A stretch of DNA of 27,375 bases from an uncultured archaeon (lineage in GTDB: Archaea; Asgardarchaeota; Lokiarchaeia; Sigyniarchaeales; SOKP01). Below, piece after piece: positions 27,054-27,375 of the stretch; within the stretch, counting starts at the first letter, position 1; each line of letters begins with the position of its first letter. The notes under the pieces are model-generated. The model saw only the letters and a list, made by a program, of their open reading frames with translations, did not search any database and had not been told where the DNA came from. Position numbers and translations under genes: made by a program. The stretch covers positions 1 through 27,375 of the forward strand of contig CAZBPC010000040.1 in the NCBI GenBank assembly GCA_964493715.1, in the 5' to 3' direction.

Positions 27054-27375
27054 TTATTTAGTATTAGCTATTTCTCTACCGAATTCTATGCATTTTGCCA
27101 CACTTTCATCATCAGGATTCCACATAGCACGTATACCGTCATTGATTATAGAAAAGCCGCTCTTTTCGAGATGTTCAGTTATCACTTTTACTGATTCTCC
27201 GCTCCATCCATAACAACCAAATGCTGAAGCTTTCTTGTTTTTAAAACGCATTCCTTTAATCATCTCTAAAAGTTCGGCAACACCCGATAGAACCCCTCCA
27301 CCAATAGTAGGTGATCCTACAAGAATAATTCTAGATTTAAAGATTTCTGTAATTAAGTCGTTTTTATCTGTTTTT
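27054..27375 (-). CDS. Flavodiiron protein (FprA/flavorubredoxin-like), C-terminal flavodoxin domain; 5' part outside window
   Basis: Frame open to window edge: KTDKNDLITEIFKSRIILVGSPTIGGG...FKNKKASAFGCYGWSGESV. Confidence 0.88.
   Translation of the reverse strand, partial: KTDKNDLITEIFKSRIILVGSPTIGGGVLSGVAELLEMIKGMRFKNKKASAFGCYGWSGESVKVITEHLEKSGFSIINDGIRAMWNPDDESVAKCIEFGREIANTK

Noticed and set aside
1-27375. CRISPR array, IS/transposase, rRNA
   Set aside because: No regularly spaced repeats, transposase or integrase motifs, or rRNA-like sequence seen.

Overview
AT-rich archaeal chromosomal DNA, most likely from an Asgard archaeon (Lokiarchaeia/Promethearchaeota). The assignment is inferred from a gelsolin-domain gene, an IPGY-TM-basic Loki-CTERM-type sorting tail and an archaeal-type tRNA-Leu without encoded CCA. 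From left to right: (1) a methylotrophy locus with two non-pyrrolysine MttB-family methyltransferases, a corrinoid protein and a closely coupled PLP Met/Cys lyase; (2) a DedA/VTT protein, an unlisted 47-aa membrane peptide, a gelsolin-domain protein and tRNA-Leu(CAG); (3) a P1B ATPase, a DUF166-like protein, an atypical kinase and two coupled coiled-coil/winged-helix proteins; (4) a co-directional run of two Cys-less sulfite-oxidase-fold surface proteins, a DOMON-like surface protein, an ECF transporter (S/A-A'/T), a MoxR AAA+ ATPase and a vWA protein; (5) an orphan lpdA bracketed by diverged duplicates of the vWA 3' end and of a downstream gene, a Doc-type toxin-antitoxin pair, small accessory genes and a truncated flavodiiron gene. 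Three leads stand out: a candidate -1 programmed frameshift (G_GAT_TTT just before the stop) fusing MoxR to vWA, a putative pterin/cofactor-scavenging ECF system with PruR-like binding proteins, and the recombination scar around lpdA. All family calls come from motifs read by eye, with no database searches.
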